Of a stretch of DNA of 64,000 nt, positions 1 to 10,259 are shown one piece after another. How positions within the stretch are numbered: position 1 is the stretch's first letter; the number at the start of each line of letters is the position of its first letter. Source of the stretch: Candidatus Latescibacterota bacterium (GTDB taxonomy: Bacteria > Latescibacterota > UBA2968 > GCA-2709665); the NCBI GenBank assembly GCA_965237675.1, contig OZ250150.1, positions 5,280,001 through 5,344,000 on the forward strand, written 5' to 3'. Below the pieces are notes generated by a model. The model was not told where the DNA came from and did not search any database. It saw nothing but the letters and a program-made list of their open reading frames with translations. Position numbers and translations under genes: made by a program.

Positions 1-2
1 TC

Positions 3-419
3 CAGGAAATGGCCGACTACATGCGCTCTATCGGCGTAGACATCGCTCCCAACTACCCATTTGTGGGTAGAGATTTCAACACCACGCGGGCCGGCATCCA
101 CGCGGGCGGACTGCGTTCCGATGAACGCATCTACAATATTTTTGATACAACCACCCTGTTCGGACGCCCACCCCGGGTGGCGATAACGGACAAAACCGGC
201 GTCGACGGGGTTGCCCTCTGGGTCAATGAGTTCCTGGGTCTCAAGGGCAACGCCCGGCTCAGCAAAATCAAAGTGCATAAGATCGCCCGCTGGGTTATGG
301 ATCAGTACGAAGTTCACGGCCGAATGAGCGCAATTACGGACGAGGAACTGGAAGAACAGGTCAAGATCAACCTGCCGGATCGGTACGCAGCCTTTCACGC
401 CGGCCGCAAAGCCAGCTGA
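3..419 (+). CDS. C-terminal part of a Re-citrate synthase / 2-isopropylmalate synthase-like (DRE-TIM) enzyme; 5' truncated by the window edge
   Basis: FNTTRAGIHAGGL..DERIYNIFDT...GRPPRVAITDKTG resembles the Re-citrate synthase C-terminus; the frame is open from the window start. Confidence 0.7.
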   Translation, partial: QEMADYMRSIGVDIAPNYPFVGRDFNTTRAGIHAGGLRSDERIYNIFDTTTLFGRPPRVAITDKTGVDGVALWVNEFLGLKGNARLSKIKVHKIARWVMDQYEVHGRMSAITDEELEEQVKINLPDRYAAFHAGRKAS

Positions 420-462
420 TCCGCCCGTTGCGCCGTATTTTTCCGTCTTCTGGCGACATATC

Positions 463-1482
463 GTGACGACCCGCACCGTCTCCCATACCACACTCAACGC
501 CTTCTGCGTTGACCTCCTCAAAGCGGCGGATGTACCTGAATCCGACGCCAGAATCACGGCCCGCGTCCAGGTTGAAGCAGACCTCCGCGGCGTACATTCC
601 CATGGTGCGCGAGCCATCGCGGGCTACATCCGCCAGATCCTAAAAGGCGAGATCAACCCAAAGGCGCAGCCCCGTGTCCTGAGAGAGGGCGCCGCATATG
701 TCCATATCGACGCGGACAACGCCCTCGGACAGGTGGCCGCATATAAGGCTATGAAGCGCGCCATCCATAGAGCCGAAGGGGCAGGCATCGGGATGGCCGC
801 CGTTCGAAATACCAATCACTACGGGGCCGCGGCCTACTATGCCAACATGGCGGCTGAGGCGGGTATGGTGGGCTTCAACACCACCGGAGGACGCAAAAAC
901 CGGGGAAACATGGCGCCGTACGGCAGCATCGAACCTGCCATCGGGAACGCGCCCTTCGCTTACGGCGTCCCCGCCGGCCGTGAACGCCCCATCATCCTCG
1001 ACATGGCCACCGGCGTGGTTGCCGCCGGAAAAATCGGCATCGCACGGGACCGCGGCCAGAAAATCCCCCTCGGCTGGGCTCTGGACGCGGCGGGCCAACC
1101 CACGGACGACCCCGAGGAAGCGCGAATTGTGGTACCACTGGGGCCGAAAGGATCGGGTCTCGCCATCGTGATGCAATGCATCGGCGGCATCCTCGCCGGC
1201 GCCGCATTTCCGGACGTCGAAAAGTTCGGCTATCTCTTCATCGCGATCGACGTATCCACGTTTGCGGATCCCGAATCTTTCAGAACAGAAGTCGATGCCC
1301 GTATTCAGACTGTCCGCGAGGCCAAACCCGCATCCGGCGTCGATCGCGTCTACTACCCGGGAGAACCGGAATGGATCACGCGCGAGCGCTACCTCGAATA
1401 CGGCATCCCCATGCTTCTTCCGCACGTGACCGACCTGGAATCCGTCGCTGCCCAACTCGGCGTCTCGAAGCGATTGGGATGA
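463..1482 (+). CDS. Ldh_2 family (malate/L-lactate/ureidoglycolate dehydrogenase-like) oxidoreductase
   Basis: ADLRGVHSHG, RNTNHYG, GNAPFAYG, LDMAT, PLGPKGSGL motifs. Confidence 0.9.
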   Translation: MTTRTVSHTTLNAFCVDLLKAADVPESDARITARVQVEADLRGVHSHGARAIAGYIRQILKGEINPKAQPRVLREGAAYVHIDADNALGQVAAYKAMKRAIHRAEGAGIGMAAVRNTNHYGAAAYYANMAAEAGMVGFNTTGGRKNRGNMAPYGSIEPAIGNAPFAYGVPAGRERPIILDMATGVVAAGKIGIARDRGQKIPLGWALDAAGQPTDDPEEARIVVPLGPKGSGLAIVMQCIGGILAGAAFPDVEKFGYLFIAIDVSTFADPESFRTEVDARIQTVREAKPASGVDRVYYPGEPEWITRERYLEYGIPMLLPHVTDLESVAAQLGVSKRLG

Positions 1483-1568
1483 CAATCCCGGGGCGGACCC
1501 GCCGTTGGACGTGAAGTCAGATATGTCCGAGCCGTCGTAAAGGCCCCTCACCGCTTTGTCAATGACCG

Positions 1569-2303
1569 ATGGACATCCTCGTCCTGACAGCCACCGCTTT
1601 CGAGCAGGAGACGCTCCGCCGGTGCATTGCGCACCGGACAACCCGGACCTTCGCCTACCGCGCACGCACGGAGGGCAACCTGGGGACCCGCCGCGTTGTC
1701 CTGATCGAAACCGGTATCGGCGCCGTCAATACGTCCCAGGCGCTGACCGCCGCTCTGGAAACCGGCCGGCCCGACTTCGTGCTGCAAATCGGCGTCGGCG
1801 GCGCATACGCCGGCTCGAAGCTGAACGTCGGCGACATTGCCGTCGCCACCGAAGAGAACGACGGGGAACTGGGGATCCTCACCCCGGACGGCTGGCTGCC
1901 GGCAGATACCATCGGCATCCCCGTCCTTGGCAGGAACCGGAACCACTACAACACCTTTCCGATTGACACAACCCTGGCTGGAAGCGCAATAACCCACATC
2001 CTCAACGCCTCGTGGCCGCATCCGGCGCCCGCCGTACACTCCGGCCCTTTTGTTACCGTACAACAATGCAGCGGCCTTGCCGCCAGGGGCAGCGAACTCG
2101 CCGCCCGTTTCAACGCCATCTGCGAGAGTATGGAAGGCGCGGCCGCCGCGCATCTCTGCACGCTCTACGAGGTTCCTTTCGTCGAACTGCGAGGCATCAG
2201 CAACCTCGTTGAAGACCGCAACCCCGCCGCCTGGAAGCTCCCGCTGGCATCCAGGAATGCGCAACAGGCTGCCCGCGCGCTGGTAGAAAACCTGAGACCC
2301 TGA
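1569..2303 (+). CDS. mqnB: Futalosine hydrolase (MTA/SAH nucleosidase family)
   Basis: TGIGAVN, GVGGAY, ESMEGAAAAH, ELRGISNLVEDR motifs; adjacent to mqnD. Confidence 0.9.
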   Translation: MDILVLTATAFEQETLRRCIAHRTTRTFAYRARTEGNLGTRRVVLIETGIGAVNTSQALTAALETGRPDFVLQIGVGGAYAGSKLNVGDIAVATEENDGELGILTPDGWLPADTIGIPVLGRNRNHYNTFPIDTTLAGSAITHILNASWPHPAPAVHSGPFVTVQQCSGLAARGSELAARFNAICESMEGAAAAHLCTLYEVPFVELRGISNLVEDRNPAAWKLPLASRNAQQAARALVENLRP

Positions 2304-2451
2304 ACCACCGGAAATCTCACCCGGACCCGGCGCACACCATCGCTCGGGTTCTCCTGACGCAAAGCCGAGGGGGACGGTCCGGAAAACCGCTTCAGGCGGC
2401 GATTGCATCGCCTTCGGCCATTGTTGGCGCTTCGCCCATCCCGAGGATCCT

Positions 2452-3285
2452 ATGGCTCCCGTTTCGCTCGGCTACTCTCCCAGCCCGAACGACACCTACA
2501 TCTTCTACGGCCTCGCCCATGGAGAGATCACGGGCGCGCCCCGGTTTGAGCCGGTTCTCGAAGACATAGAAACCCTCAACAGAATGGCCCTGGATGGGCG
2601 GCTGGACGTCACCAAGGTCTCCTTTCACGCCCTGGGCCACCTGCGAAACCGGTACTGCCTCCTCCATTCGGGCGGCGCCCTTGGCAGGGGCTGCGGCCCG
2701 CTCGTCGTTGCTGCCAGGCCCCTTCATCCCTCGGATTTGACCGGCGAAAGAATCGCGATTCCCGGAAAGCTGACCACCGCGGCCCTGCTGCTGCGCCTGT
2801 TCGATCCATCCTTCGACGACCTCGTGGTTCTGCCGTACCACCGCATCATGGACGCCGTGCGAAGTGGCGAAGTCAGCGCGGGACTCATCATTCACGAGAG
2901 CCGTTTTACCTTTCCCGACTTCGGATTGCACGAAGTAATCGATCTGGGCGAATGGTGGGAACAGACCACAGGCCACCCCATCCCGCTCGGTGGCATCCTT
3001 GCACGACGGGATCTGGGTACCGGCCTGATCCGGGCCATTGACAAAGCTGTACGAAAAAGCGTTGAATACGCCCATACGCATGCCAACCGGGTCCGGCGCG
3101 AGATCGGCCGGCACGCCCCGGAAATCGGCGCACCCGTCGTGCAACATCACATTGACCTCTATGTCAACGCCTACACTCAGGACTACGGTCCTGCCGGCCG
3201 GGCCGCCATTACCGACCTCGTCGCCCGCGCCGAAACCGCTCGCATTATTCCCGCATCGGACAGATCTCTCTTTATCGATGAGTAA
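2452..3285 (+). CDS. mqnD: 1,4-dihydroxy-6-naphthoate synthase
   Basis: SPSPNDTY, GGALGRGCGPL, IIHESRF, PIPLGG, HIDLYVN motifs. Confidence 0.95.
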   Translation: MAPVSLGYSPSPNDTYIFYGLAHGEITGAPRFEPVLEDIETLNRMALDGRLDVTKVSFHALGHLRNRYCLLHSGGALGRGCGPLVVAARPLHPSDLTGERIAIPGKLTTAALLLRLFDPSFDDLVVLPYHRIMDAVRSGEVSAGLIIHESRFTFPDFGLHEVIDLGEWWEQTTGHPIPLGGILARRDLGTGLIRAIDKAVRKSVEYAHTHANRVRREIGRHAPEIGAPVVQHHIDLYVNAYTQDYGPAGRAAITDLVARAETARIIPASDRSLFIDE

Positions 3286-3303
3286 GTGAAAGGAGCCGCT
3301 CCA

Positions 3304-4209
3304 ATGTCAAAACCCAGGATCGGATTCATCGGACTCGGGATTATGGGAAAGCCCATGTCCGGACACCTGCTTCAAGCCGGTTACGACGTCGTCGTGCACA
3401 ACCGCAGCCGGGAACCCGTGGCCGAACTGGTTGACGCCGGCGCGCGGGAAGCCCATTCACCGAAAGAGGCGGCCGAAAACAGCGCCATCATCATCACCAT
3501 GCTGCCCGACTCGCCGGACGTGGAGGAAGTCGCCCTCGGACCCGGCGGCGTTATCGAAGGCGCCAGCGAAGGTGACATCTACATCGACATGAGCACCATC
3601 GCGCCCAGCGTTGCCCTCAAGGTCGGCAGGGCAATGGCCGAAAAAGGCGTTCACTGCCTGGATGCCCCCGTAAGCGGCGGCGACGTGGGAGCGCGGAATG
3701 CCACCCTTTCTATAATGGTGGGCGGCGAAGAGACCATATTCAACACCGTACACCCCATCTTCGCGGCGTTGGGTCAGAATATCGTGCTCTGCGGTCCCCT
3801 GGGCGCCGGACAGACCGTGAAAGCCTGCAACCAGGTTCTGGTTGCCGTCACCATTGCCGGGGTGTCAGAAGCGCTGACCCTCGGCGCCAAGGCGGGCGTC
3901 GACCCGGCAAACATCGTACAGGTCCTGAGCGGGGGCCTTGCCCGCTGCGGCGTACTCGAGAACCGGGGCGAACGCATGGTCAACGGAGACTTCGACCCCG
4001 GCTTCCGCATCCGACTTCACTACAAAGATCTCAACATCATCATGAAAACCGGCAGCGACTACAATGTGCCGCTGCCGGTTACGAGCATCGTTCACGAACT
4101 GTTCAACCTGGCGCTGGCCAAAGGCCGGGGCGAACTGGATCACTCCGGCCTGCTGACCGTCATTGAAGACCTGGCCGGTGTCCAGGCCCGGACCGCCCGA
4201 CCGCGCTGA
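3304..4209 (+). CDS. garR: 2-hydroxy-3-oxopropionate reductase / beta-hydroxyacid dehydrogenase
   Basis: GFIGLGIMG, LDAPVSGG, GAGQTVKACNQ, FDPGFRIRLHYKDL; AAGGAG RBS before ATG 3304. Confidence 0.8.
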   Translation: MSKPRIGFIGLGIMGKPMSGHLLQAGYDVVVHNRSREPVAELVDAGAREAHSPKEAAENSAIIITMLPDSPDVEEVALGPGGVIEGASEGDIYIDMSTIAPSVALKVGRAMAEKGVHCLDAPVSGGDVGARNATLSIMVGGEETIFNTVHPIFAALGQNIVLCGPLGAGQTVKACNQVLVAVTIAGVSEALTLGAKAGVDPANIVQVLSGGLARCGVLENRGERMVNGDFDPGFRIRLHYKDLNIIMKTGSDYNVPLPVTSIVHELFNLALAKGRGELDHSGLLTVIEDLAGVQARTARPR

Positions 4210-4216
4210 CGCGCCC

Positions 4217-4786
4217 TCACGCCGTCCAGCGCATCACGTCGCGTAAGGGCTTTCGCTTGGGCGCAGGAATCTCCCTCGGATACCCCATATAGAAGAAGCC
4301 GACGATATACTCCCGCTCCCGGTCCACGCCGAGCAACTCGTACGTGTCTATCTGCATTGTAATGGGTCCTGTACTCCACTGCATGCCCACCCCCAATTCC
4401 CATGCCGCAAGCTGCACGTTCTGCATTGCGCAGCAGACCGCCGCATAATCCTCCCGCCGCTGCTGCTCGTCTCCCTCCTGAACACAGGACACCGCCGCAA
4501 TGGCGGGCTTGGACATAAACTTGACGTAACCCGCCTGCCAGAGCTTCTTCCGGATCTCTTTATCGGCATCGCCGGGCGCCTTGCCCTCCTGGAGTTCCGC
4601 ATATCGCCGTCCCAACGTCTCTTTTGTCCGTTCCCCGAGAACGATAAAACGCCACGGCTCCGTGACATGGTGATTCGGTGCCCACAGCCCGAACTCGAAA
4701 ATGCGCGTCAGCGTCTCTTCGGACACGGGCCTGGAACTGAACTTGAAGATTGTCCGCCGCGACCTCAATACATCGAGAACATCCAT
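4217..4786 (-). CDS. Nitroreductase family protein (YdjA-like)
   Basis: RRTIFKF, WAPNHHVTEPWRF, AMQNVQLAAWELGVG. Confidence 0.9.
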   Translation of the reverse strand: MDVLDVLRSRRTIFKFSSRPVSEETLTRIFEFGLWAPNHHVTEPWRFIVLGERTKETLGRRYAELQEGKAPGDADKEIRKKLWQAGYVKFMSKPAIAAVSCVQEGDEQQRREDYAAVCCAMQNVQLAAWELGVGMQWSTGPITMQIDTYELLGVDREREYIVGFFYMGYPREIPAPKRKPLRDVMRWTA

Positions 4787-4864
4787 CCCGACCCTCCACA
4801 AATTGGACAAGCGCAGAGCCCGCACCGGATGACGGTCATCCACGGGCCTGTGAAGACCGCGTCG

Positions 4865-6112
4865 TTATACCCCCTGCCCCAGCAACACCTCCGTGACCTT
4901 CCGAACCGCCCGGGCCGCGGCATTCGCCTCGCCCACGGTATTGTGCTGGGTCATCCGAACCGCACCGACACGTTCGCCGTAGGTTCTGGCATTCGGACAC
5001 GCCTCGAGCGGATACGCACCCTTTTTGAGGCGGCCGGGCCTATAGCTGTTGAACACCGCCGGATCCCGGTGCAGTCTTCGGAACACTTGCCACTCCACCA
5101 CGTACCGCTGGGGGTTCGCGAATGCCGGAATGCCTTCAGCCGCGACCATACGACAAAAGGCCTCCGCATTCACGCCCAGCACCTCCGGGTCTACGGAAAA
5201 CAGCGCCCACCAGTAGCTGGGATTTGAACCGGCCGGCTGCGGATGGGGTTTGACCCCCGTCAGCCCCGAGATCCCCCGATCAAACGCCTGGCCGAACGCC
5301 TGGCGCCCGGCAATCCACCCCGGCACCCGCTTCAGTTGCACCGATGCCATCGCGGCGTTTACATCGCTTAACCGCACGTTTAATGCCGGAAAAGCGGGTG
5401 TCGCGGGCGCTCCCGGGAATCTCGGATAGCATTTGTCGGAAAACAGATCCGCCGTTTCGGCCAGTTTTCGCCGGCGGGTCAGAACAAACCCACCCTCACC
5501 CGACTTCATATGTTTGCTCTCGTTTGTGCTCCATGCGCCAAGTTGCCCGAACGTGCCGAGATACCTGCCTTTGATGGATGCCAGATGCGCCTGTGCGCAA
5601 TCCTCGATGACGACCAGCCGGTGCCGGCGGGCAACCCTCATCACCGCGGGCATATCCACCGCGTACCCCCCGTTATGGATTGGCATAATCGCTCGGGTAA
5701 ACGGGGTGATTGACGCTTCCATTGCCGCGACGTCCATCAGCAGCCCGTCCGGCTGCACATCGGCAAAAACCGGGATCGCGTTCAACTGAAAAATCCCAAT
5801 AATGCTGCCATAGTCGGTCAGCGGGCTCAATATCACCTCGTCTCCAGCGCCGATTCCCGCCGCGGCCAACGCCACGTGGATAGCTGCGCTCCCCGAACTC
5901 GTCGGCACCGCATAGGGCAACCCGTAGAGCTTCTGCAACCCCTCGCGGTAAGCCATTACGGCCTTGCCTCGGGCCAGCGGCAGCGCCGGACCGGCAAGCA
6001 GCTTCTCCAGCGCCGCCAGTTCCTCCGTGAAGTGGAACGCTCCGGAACGCCACGGCTTGCCGTGTACCGGCCTGCCGCCGTGGATCGCCAGATCGGATTT
6101 CCTCGTACCCAT
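4865..6112 (-). CDS. DegT/DnrJ/EryC1/StrS PLP-dependent aminotransferase
   Basis: SSGSAAIH, GAGDEVI, IEDCAQAH, SKHMKSGEGG. Confidence 0.9.
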   Translation of the reverse strand: MGTRKSDLAIHGGRPVHGKPWRSGAFHFTEELAALEKLLAGPALPLARGKAVMAYREGLQKLYGLPYAVPTSSGSAAIHVALAAAGIGAGDEVILSPLTDYGSIIGIFQLNAIPVFADVQPDGLLMDVAAMEASITPFTRAIMPIHNGGYAVDMPAVMRVARRHRLVVIEDCAQAHLASIKGRYLGTFGQLGAWSTNESKHMKSGEGGFVLTRRRKLAETADLFSDKCYPRFPGAPATPAFPALNVRLSDVNAAMASVQLKRVPGWIAGRQAFGQAFDRGISGLTGVKPHPQPAGSNPSYWWALFSVDPEVLGVNAEAFCRMVAAEGIPAFANPQRYVVEWQVFRRLHRDPAVFNSYRPGRLKKGAYPLEACPNARTYGERVGAVRMTQHNTVGEANAAARAVRKVTEVLLGQGV

Positions 6113-6173
6113 TTTCAGCCCGCCCTCCTTGAATGATGAACCGCAATAAAGCGGGGGCGCGCAGCCCCGGCTT

Positions 6174-7280
6174 CTAGTTCCCGCCTGAAACCGCGTACCG
6201 TTCCAGCACTTCTCTGTCGATCTCGATTCCCAGACCCGGATGCTGTATCACCGGCACGTACCCGTCTACGGCCAGGATTGGTTCTTTGGCGAGTTCAGTA
6301 CGCAGCCGGTTCTCCGTCATGTCGAATTCGAACAACGACGGAAAGGAATTCAACGTATCCGGCGCATCCGGCAGGGTTGCCTGCCAGTGTATCGTGGCAG
6401 CCAGACGAATACTGGTTCCCCACATGTGGGGCAACACCCGCACATGGTTGGCGCTTGCCAGCGCCGCAATTTTCCGGCACTCGGTAAAACCGCCGGCATC
6501 GCTGATATCCGGCTGCACGATATCCACTCCCCGTTCCTGGATCAGGTTGCGAAACGCCCACCGGCCCTGGAGCGCCTCGCCTCCGGCAACGCGCACCCTC
6601 AACGCCTGACGGATCTCGCGGTAGCCTGCCACGTCGTCCGTCGAAATCGGTTCCTCGAACCAGAGAAGATCGTTGTCCAGGAGCCGGCGCCCGACGTCGA
6701 TCGCAGTACCGGTATCGTAGCCGCAATTGGCATCCACCGCCAGCAGAATCGAATCGCCGACCGCCCCGCGCACGGCCGCGACGTTTTTGACATCGTAATC
6801 CACGCCGAATCCGATCTTCATCTTCACCGCCCGAAACCCCAGTTCCGCGTACGACCCCGCCTCTTCTATCAACGAACCGGTCATATCGGCCTTCCGCTGC
6901 TTGAACAACCCGCTGGCGTAGGCAGGTATCCGGTCCCGGAACGCACCGCCCAGAAGCCGGTAGATCGGCATCTCGAGGGCCCTGCCCGCAATATCCCACA
7001 GCGCGATATCCACGGCGCTCATCTCCGAAAAACCGACCCCGCCCCGCAGATACAGATCGTTCCAGATGACTTCGATATCAAATGGATCGCGCCCCACAAG
7101 CCGCGCCCGAAGCGCCGTCTCGTTCAGATCCGACACCCCTTCGCCCCAACCCGTGGGGCCGGCGTCGGTAATGACCTCTATCACACCGGCCGTACGTGCC
7201 GTATTCCACGCAATCGAATTCGCGAACGGCTCTTCGAGCGGGTACCGGAGATTATAGACTTTGACGTCGGTGATCTTCAT
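6174..7280 (-). CDS. Mandelate racemase/muconate lactonizing enzyme family (galactarolactone cycloisomerase-like)
   Basis: SAVDIALWD, KMKIG, DAN, WFEEP, GE, QPD, PHMWG. Confidence 0.9.
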   Translation of the reverse strand: MKITDVKVYNLRYPLEEPFANSIAWNTARTAGVIEVITDAGPTGWGEGVSDLNETALRARLVGRDPFDIEVIWNDLYLRGGVGFSEMSAVDIALWDIAGRALEMPIYRLLGGAFRDRIPAYASGLFKQRKADMTGSLIEEAGSYAELGFRAVKMKIGFGVDYDVKNVAAVRGAVGDSILLAVDANCGYDTGTAIDVGRRLLDNDLLWFEEPISTDDVAGYREIRQALRVRVAGGEALQGRWAFRNLIQERGVDIVQPDISDAGGFTECRKIAALASANHVRVLPHMWGTSIRLAATIHWQATLPDAPDTLNSFPSLFEFDMTENRLRTELAKEPILAVDGYVPVIQHPGLGIEIDREVLERYAVSGGN

Positions 7281-7763
7281 TCGGATCTACCGCTCTGTTT
7301 CAACGTTTTGGACATGCGGCGGTTGTATTCCACCGCGTGGGGAAACCGGCTCGCCAGATGGTCCAGGGATTCGGAGATTTCACACTCGCACGCCGAGGCC
7401 GCGTACGGCAACGTTCCGGTGGTGCGAAACCGTTCGCCCGCCGGACCGCCGCCGCCGGTCTTCAGGCTCGAGGTAGGGCCATAGCAGTTTCAGCCCCGCC
7501 TCCTCAAAACCTGTGGTAGCCGGATATTCCTCATGCATGCCGTACAGGGCTGCCAGCCGACTCACGACGGCCGCCCAATCCGGTCCGACGTCGTCCCGGG
7601 ACGGATGCCGTTTCCCGTCAAAAAAGGGCGTGTTGCGATAGATATTCACCCGCTTGTTCACCACGTCGGCGAAGGGTTCCGCCTCTGTTCTCACCACCCG
7701 CCATACGTACCAGAGGGAGAGCTTCGTGAATCCCGTCACATAGCGATAACGAATCGATTCCAT
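7277..7763 (-). pseudogene. Hypothetical protein gene with apparent internal deletion/frameshift
   Basis: N-terminal frame (MESIRYRY...WPYLEP) switches near 7465 to a second frame (ERFRTTGTLPY...CECEISESLDHL) whose TGA overlaps the next gene's ATG (ATGA). Confidence 0.5.
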
Positions 7764-7829
7764 ACGGAGTGCCGAATATGCAGCTTCCATTCGATAACGC
7801 GCGACGGAAAGCGCGTGAAACGTGGCGCC

Positions 7830-8735
7830 CTATCCTCTCCCTGGAAACGTCAACTCGGCAACGCCCGACTTGTCCAGTTCACCCTTGCCAATTTCGATCA
7901 TGCGGTCGTACTGTTTTTTGGTCGCATCCGCAAGCGGCAGATTCAACCCGAGTTCTCGAGCAAGATCCAGGGCGATGCCGGAGTCCTTGGATGCGTGCGC
8001 AGACGAAAAATAACATTCATGATCCCGGGCCACCATGTCCTCTCCGTCCGTTTCCAGCACGCGGGAGTTGGCGCCGGTCTGCGAAAACACCTGCTGCAAC
8101 ATCTCCAGATCGAGACCCAGCGCCGAACCCAGCCCGAGCCCTTCCGCCAGGCCTGCCGTGTTGATATTCATCACCATATTCACGAGCGCCTTGACCTGCG
8201 CCGCACTTCCAGCCTCCCCGATGTATTTCAAATCCGTACTCATCGAATCCAGAATCGGCCGCACGTCGTCGAATACTTCCTTCTTACCGCCGCACATCAG
8301 ATAGAGCGTGCCTTCGCGGGCCTGGGTGATACTGCTTGCCATACACCCCTCCAGGCTTCTGGCACCCGCCCCCTCCGCCAACGCTTCGACGTCGACGTGC
8401 ACTTGCGGGGTGATGGTTGCACAGTTGATAAAGACCTTTCCGTCCGCACCGCGCAGCAGACTATCGCCCTCGCTCGAAAACACCGCACGCATCGCGTCGT
8501 CGTCCGTGACGACCGTAATGATCTGATCCGCCGCCGCGGTCACACGCGCCAGCGTCCCGGATGCCTCGCACCCGAGTTCCTGCGCCAGTTCGGCCGCGGC
8601 ATCCGATCGGACATCGAATATTGAAGTCACGGAAAAACCGTCGTCTTTCAGATTCCTTGCAATATTCGCGCCCATTCGCCCGACACCCACCACACCGATT
8701 CTGAAATAAGAAGTTTCCATCTTAACCTCCGGCAT
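7830..8735 (-). CDS. NAD(P)-dependent beta-hydroxyacid dehydrogenase family oxidoreductase
   Basis: GVVGVGRMG, CATITP, AAQVKALVNMV, HASKDSGIA; start may be 8720. Confidence 0.85.
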   Translation of the reverse strand: MPEVKMETSYFRIGVVGVGRMGANIARNLKDDGFSVTSIFDVRSDAAAELAQELGCEASGTLARVTAAADQIITVVTDDDAMRAVFSSEGDSLLRGADGKVFINCATITPQVHVDVEALAEGAGARSLEGCMASSITQAREGTLYLMCGGKKEVFDDVRPILDSMSTDLKYIGEAGSAAQVKALVNMVMNINTAGLAEGLGLGSALGLDLEMLQQVFSQTGANSRVLETDGEDMVARDHECYFSSAHASKDSGIALDLARELGLNLPLADATKKQYDRMIEIGKGELDKSGVAELTFPGRG

Positions 8736-8804
8736 GCAAAAAGCGTTCGACTGCCGGCTCCCCTACCAACGCAGCCAACGGTCGAACGCTCCGGTCGGAA
8801 CATC

Positions 8805-9239
8805 CTACAGGCTGTTGTGGAATTCCGTCCAATCGTCGAGATTGTTCAGGTTCACCGCGTCCAGAATCGACCCGTCATCGCCCACGCCGGCCGCCGACAG
8901 AACCGACTTCCGCGTATCGTCGTCGTGGTGATACCCGCGAATGGCAGCATTCGATGCCTCAATTTCGTCCTGAGGAATGCTACCGCCACGCTGTTCCACC
9001 ACCCAGTTCTCGAAATCGATGTAAGACGGCAGATTGCTCTTGACATAGTCCACGGCCGCATCTCGGTTCACGTTCAATCCGTCCAGTACCATCTGATCGT
9101 AACCGGCGCCGCATTCGGGATAGTCGTCGGCAAGTTGGCCTTTGGCGGATAGTGTCAACTTCAACCACAATCTGGGGAGGTGGATGGCCCCCAGAGGCCC
9201 CGAAACACCGGAACTGATGAGGGGAATCGTGCCTGCCAT
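8805..9239 (-). CDS. DUF5069-like small protein
   Basis: PLISSG..GPLG..HLPRLWLK...DY..CG.GYD.M.LDGL pattern; AAGGAG RBS. Confidence 0.7.
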   Translation of the reverse strand: MAGTIPLISSGVSGPLGAIHLPRLWLKLTLSAKGQLADDYPECGAGYDQMVLDGLNVNRDAAVDYVKSNLPSYIDFENWVVEQRGGSIPQDEIEASNAAIRGYHHDDDTRKSVLSAAGVGDDGSILDAVNLNNLDDWTEFHNSL

Positions 9240-9449
9240 TTCGCGTCTCCTTCTGAAATTGGGGAGTTGGGTTTGAAGAAAAACCGGGAGATGCCCATCG
9301 CAACCAATGCACCCCGTTCATCGGCCGCAAGCTTATGAGTCTTCCATAAATGTACAGGATGAATTCCCTGTCAACATGAAAAACATCGGGTCTGCGCCTC
9401 GGTAGCAGTCGCCTGGCAGGCGGTAAGCGCCGTGCGCCGTGACAAACGC

Positions 9450-9488
9450 AAAAAAAGCGGATGAGAACGGCTCTCATCCGCTTTTTTT
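9450..9488. terminator. Intrinsic (bidirectional-type) terminator
   Basis: A7-GCGGATGAGA-loop-TCTCATCCGC-T7, just downstream of the minus-strand nuclease gene. Confidence 0.85.
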
Positions 9489-9501
9489 CAGTTGTTGTCG
9501 C

Positions 9502-10173
9502 TCAATCCTCACGGCTGTTGATCAATTTAACGATCTGGTCCCGAATCCGTCCGGCCTCTTCGTATCGCTCCTGCCGGCTGGCCTGTTCCATCTTTTTTCG
9601 AAGATCGTTGATCCGCACCTCCAGCGGGTCTCCCGAATCGGCTGTCCCGCTCTTGGGAACTTCGGCGACCGTCATCAGGGCTTCTTCCTTGTCCTCCGCA
9701 AGTTTGGGCGGCGCCCAGGCCTCGATCACCTCCGGTTCCGCGGCGCCGAGCCCGGGCCGGTCCTCGTGTCCGGCATCAGTGAGAACGGCCTCCGAAACGA
9801 AGATCGGCGCTTCGTAACGCAGCGCCAGCGCAACGCAATCGCTCGGGCGAGCGTCGACCCGCCACCGCTTCGCGCCGCGCACGAGCGCCAGTTCCGCATA
9901 AAAGATGCCTTCTTTCAACTCCACAATATAGACACCCTCTATTGTCGTATCGAGTTGACCCAGAATGGACCGGACCAGGTCGTGTGTGAGCGGGCGTGGC
10001 GGGCGCTCGTTCGTCAGTTCGGCATAGATGGCGCTGGCCTCCATCAGCCCGATCACGATGGGCAACAGGACGTTGTGCTCACGACTGCAAAGCCAGATCA
10101 TTCGTTGATGGGAAACCTGAACCGGTCGTAACGCGTTCAGCGTCCGTTCAATGTCGATCTTGACTTCAACCAT
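9502..10173 (-). CDS. Bifunctional nuclease (DUF151) with C-terminal UVR domain
   Basis: LPIVIG..EA..I, PRPLTHDL, DARPSD..ALALR; C-terminal ERYEEAGRIRDQI. Confidence 0.9.
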   Translation of the reverse strand: MVEVKIDIERTLNALRPVQVSHQRMIWLCSREHNVLLPIVIGLMEASAIYAELTNERPPRPLTHDLVRSILGQLDTTIEGVYIVELKEGIFYAELALVRGAKRWRVDARPSDCVALALRYEAPIFVSEAVLTDAGHEDRPGLGAAEPEVIEAWAPPKLAEDKEEALMTVAEVPKSGTADSGDPLEVRINDLRKKMEQASRQERYEEAGRIRDQIVKLINSRED

Positions 10174-10259
10174 CGGCTTCCTCCGGATTCTCATCGCCCA
10201 GAACGCGGTTCGCAATATACGAAAATCAGGTTGGCCGGCAAGGTTAATTTACGCTTTTT

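Noticed and set aside
2479-2499. MqnD SPSPND instead of the usual SPCPND
   Set aside because: Conservative change; the IIHE catalytic motif is intact.
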